From Octopus vulgaris (lineage: Eukaryota): DNA of 64,000 nt. The notes beneath the pieces are model-generated. The model was not told the origin of the DNA, made no database searches, and was given only the letters and a program-made list of their open reading frames with translations. The position numbers were made by a program, and so were the translations under genes. Below, piece by piece: positions 62,074-64,000 of this stretch (position 1 is the first letter of the stretch; the number at the start of each line of letters is the position of its first letter). The stretch lies in the NCBI GenBank assembly GCA_951406725.2, contig OX597817.1, forward strand, positions 170,252,001-170,316,000. The letters run 5' to 3'.

Positions 62074-63676
62074 TCCTAGACCATTGCCTTTTTTTTTTTT
62101 ATCTAGTTTCAGCTCATGAGCTGTGGCCATACTGGGGCACCGCCATTTAAAATTTGTGGGGAGGGGATTGCATTGGTTCCGAAAGAATGAAAGGTAAAGT
62201 CAACCTCGGTGGAATTTGAACTCAGAACGTAGCGATGGGCGCTTGATTTGTAATACTCAGAAATCTCTCTATTATTGCAACTTTTTAGTTATGGCAGTGT
62301 TATACAGAGTAGAGTGGGTGGAAGTTTAGTAAGGGAACATTAAGGATAACCAAAATGTCGAATTACTGGAATTATCATCATCATTGTTGTCATCATTATT
62401 TAGCATCTGTCTTCCATGCTGGCATGGGATATAAGTCCATTCTGGCACCATTATTTTTTATTATTCAAGTTTGCTATATTGCTCCTAGTATAGCTAGAGA
62501 CTACACCACTTGATGTAATTTCCCACCCCATGTCTATAGCTGAGATAATTTGTTAATATTTGATAAGGCAGAGAAGGTGGTAAGCTGGCAGGATTAACAA
62601 GCCAGAAAAATGCTTAGCTGTACTTTGTGTCTCTATGTCCTGTGTTCAAATGCCACTGGGGGTCAATTTTGCCTTTTGTCCTTTCAGGAGTGATAAAATG
62701 AGTACCAGCTGAGCACTGGGGTTGATAGAATAAACTTACCCCCTTGCCTGATATTGCTGGCCTTGTGACAAAATTTGAAACTAGTGTTTAAGAAGCCAGA
62801 AAGATAAATATTAAATAAATATCACTTAGATGAAGAAGTCTTGAGATATTGGAGTTCCCTATGTGTCTATTGCTAATTTTGATGATTAATTTCTAATATA
62901 TCTTGTGGAATTGTTTCAAACCCAGTTCCCCCTGATTAGTGTTTGACATTATTGTGCTCTATACACCACTGTTGTGTATTTAAGGGTATTTAATTCTCTT
63001 CTCTTTTCTTTACAAGATAGACTTGTCCATACACTTCTCTACCTTAACTGCTTGTGTTCCTGTGAATGAATACTTACAGCAACAAATACTATTGTTGTCA
63101 TTATTTCCCTCTGTCATTAACTGATTAAGCCGCCAACATGATGAATATACGGCATTTAATCACACATTTTAGTGTCTTTGCTTTATTTTCCCTAATTGTT
63201 ATTTTTAACCCTTTGTTACAACAGTTTAACGTTGTCTTACCAAAGTCCTACCTTTGTCTTCTGCCAGTTTTAGCATTATCCTATGACATGCCGGTGGCAT
63301 GTAAACAATACTATTCTAGTGTGATCATTACCAGCGTCGCCTTACTGGCACTTGTGCCGGTGGCATGTGAAAAAACATTCGAATGAGGTCGTTGCCAGTG
63401 CCGCTGGACTGGCTCCTGTGCAGGTGGCACATAAAAAACACACCATTTGAGAGTGGCCATTGCCAGTACCGCCTGACTGGCCCTCATGCCGGTGGCACGT
63501 AAAAGCACCCACTACACTCTCGGAGTGGTTGGCATTAGGAAGGGCATCCAGCTGTAGAAACTCTGCCAGATCAAGATTGGAGCCTGGTGCAGCCATCTGG
63601 TTCACCAGTCCTCAGTAAAATCGTCCAACCCATGCTAGCATGGAAAGCAGGCGTTAAACGACGATGATGATGATGA

Positions 63677-64000
63677 ATGTCTTAGAACAGTTTTAATATT
63701 ATCTTATGTTAGTTTTTAGCATTGTCTTATGCCAGTCTTAACAGTGTCTTTGAACAGCTTTGACAATGTCTTATGGTAGTTTTAGCATTGTCTTATGCCA
63801 GTCTTAACAGTGTCTTTGAACAGCTATGACAATGTCTTATGGTAGTTTTAGCATTCTTATGCTAGTTTTTAGCATTGTCTTATGCCAGTCTTAACAGTGT
63901 CTTTGAACAGCTTTGACAATGTCTTATGGTAGTTTTAGCATTGTCTTACAGCAGTTTTGACAGTGTCTTAAGTCAGTTTTAGAATTGTCATATCCCAGTT
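63677..64000 (+). repeat. 11-bp-subunit satellite with a 66-bp higher-order repeat, running off the window end
   Basis: ttagcattgtc ttatgccagtc ttaacagtgtc tttgaacagct ttgacaatgtc ttatggtagtt; gccagtcttaacag recurs at 63731, 63797 and 63884. Confidence 0.88.

Overview
AT-rich, microsatellite- and SINE-dense animal genomic DNA. The repeat landscape looks like a coleoid cephalopod (octopus-type); this is inferred, not proven. The only securely identified gene is a complete minus-strand PSMA5 (20S proteasome subunit alpha-5): 8 coding exons between 31005 and 14758, all GT-AG, 741 nt CDS, 246 aa. Its likely 5' end, with an Nrf1/CNC-type ARE, lies near 34.8-35.0 kb, and an unidentified plus-strand transcript may start near 35.9-36.7 kb. 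The rest is mobile DNA: several tRNA-derived SINE families, RTE and CR1/L2 LINE fragments, a full-length dead Tc1, hAT-, piggyBac- and Merlin-like MITEs, three non-autonomous Helitrons and a 62-bp minisatellite expanded inside a retroelement. The main discovery is five type-I hammerhead-ribozyme-like folds, most next to (TA)n runs as expected for Penelope-like elements, plus one half-motif. The best is a G3-C8 core-swapped hammerhead (953-1003, minus) in a 181-bp insertion with a 12-bp TSD, whose empty site is also present in the window; another is a U4C minimal hammerhead (58617-58670). Also notable are long near-perfect fold-back palindromes and inverted SINE pairs bracketing PSMA5 exons. 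All folds were read by eye; none has been computed or tested.
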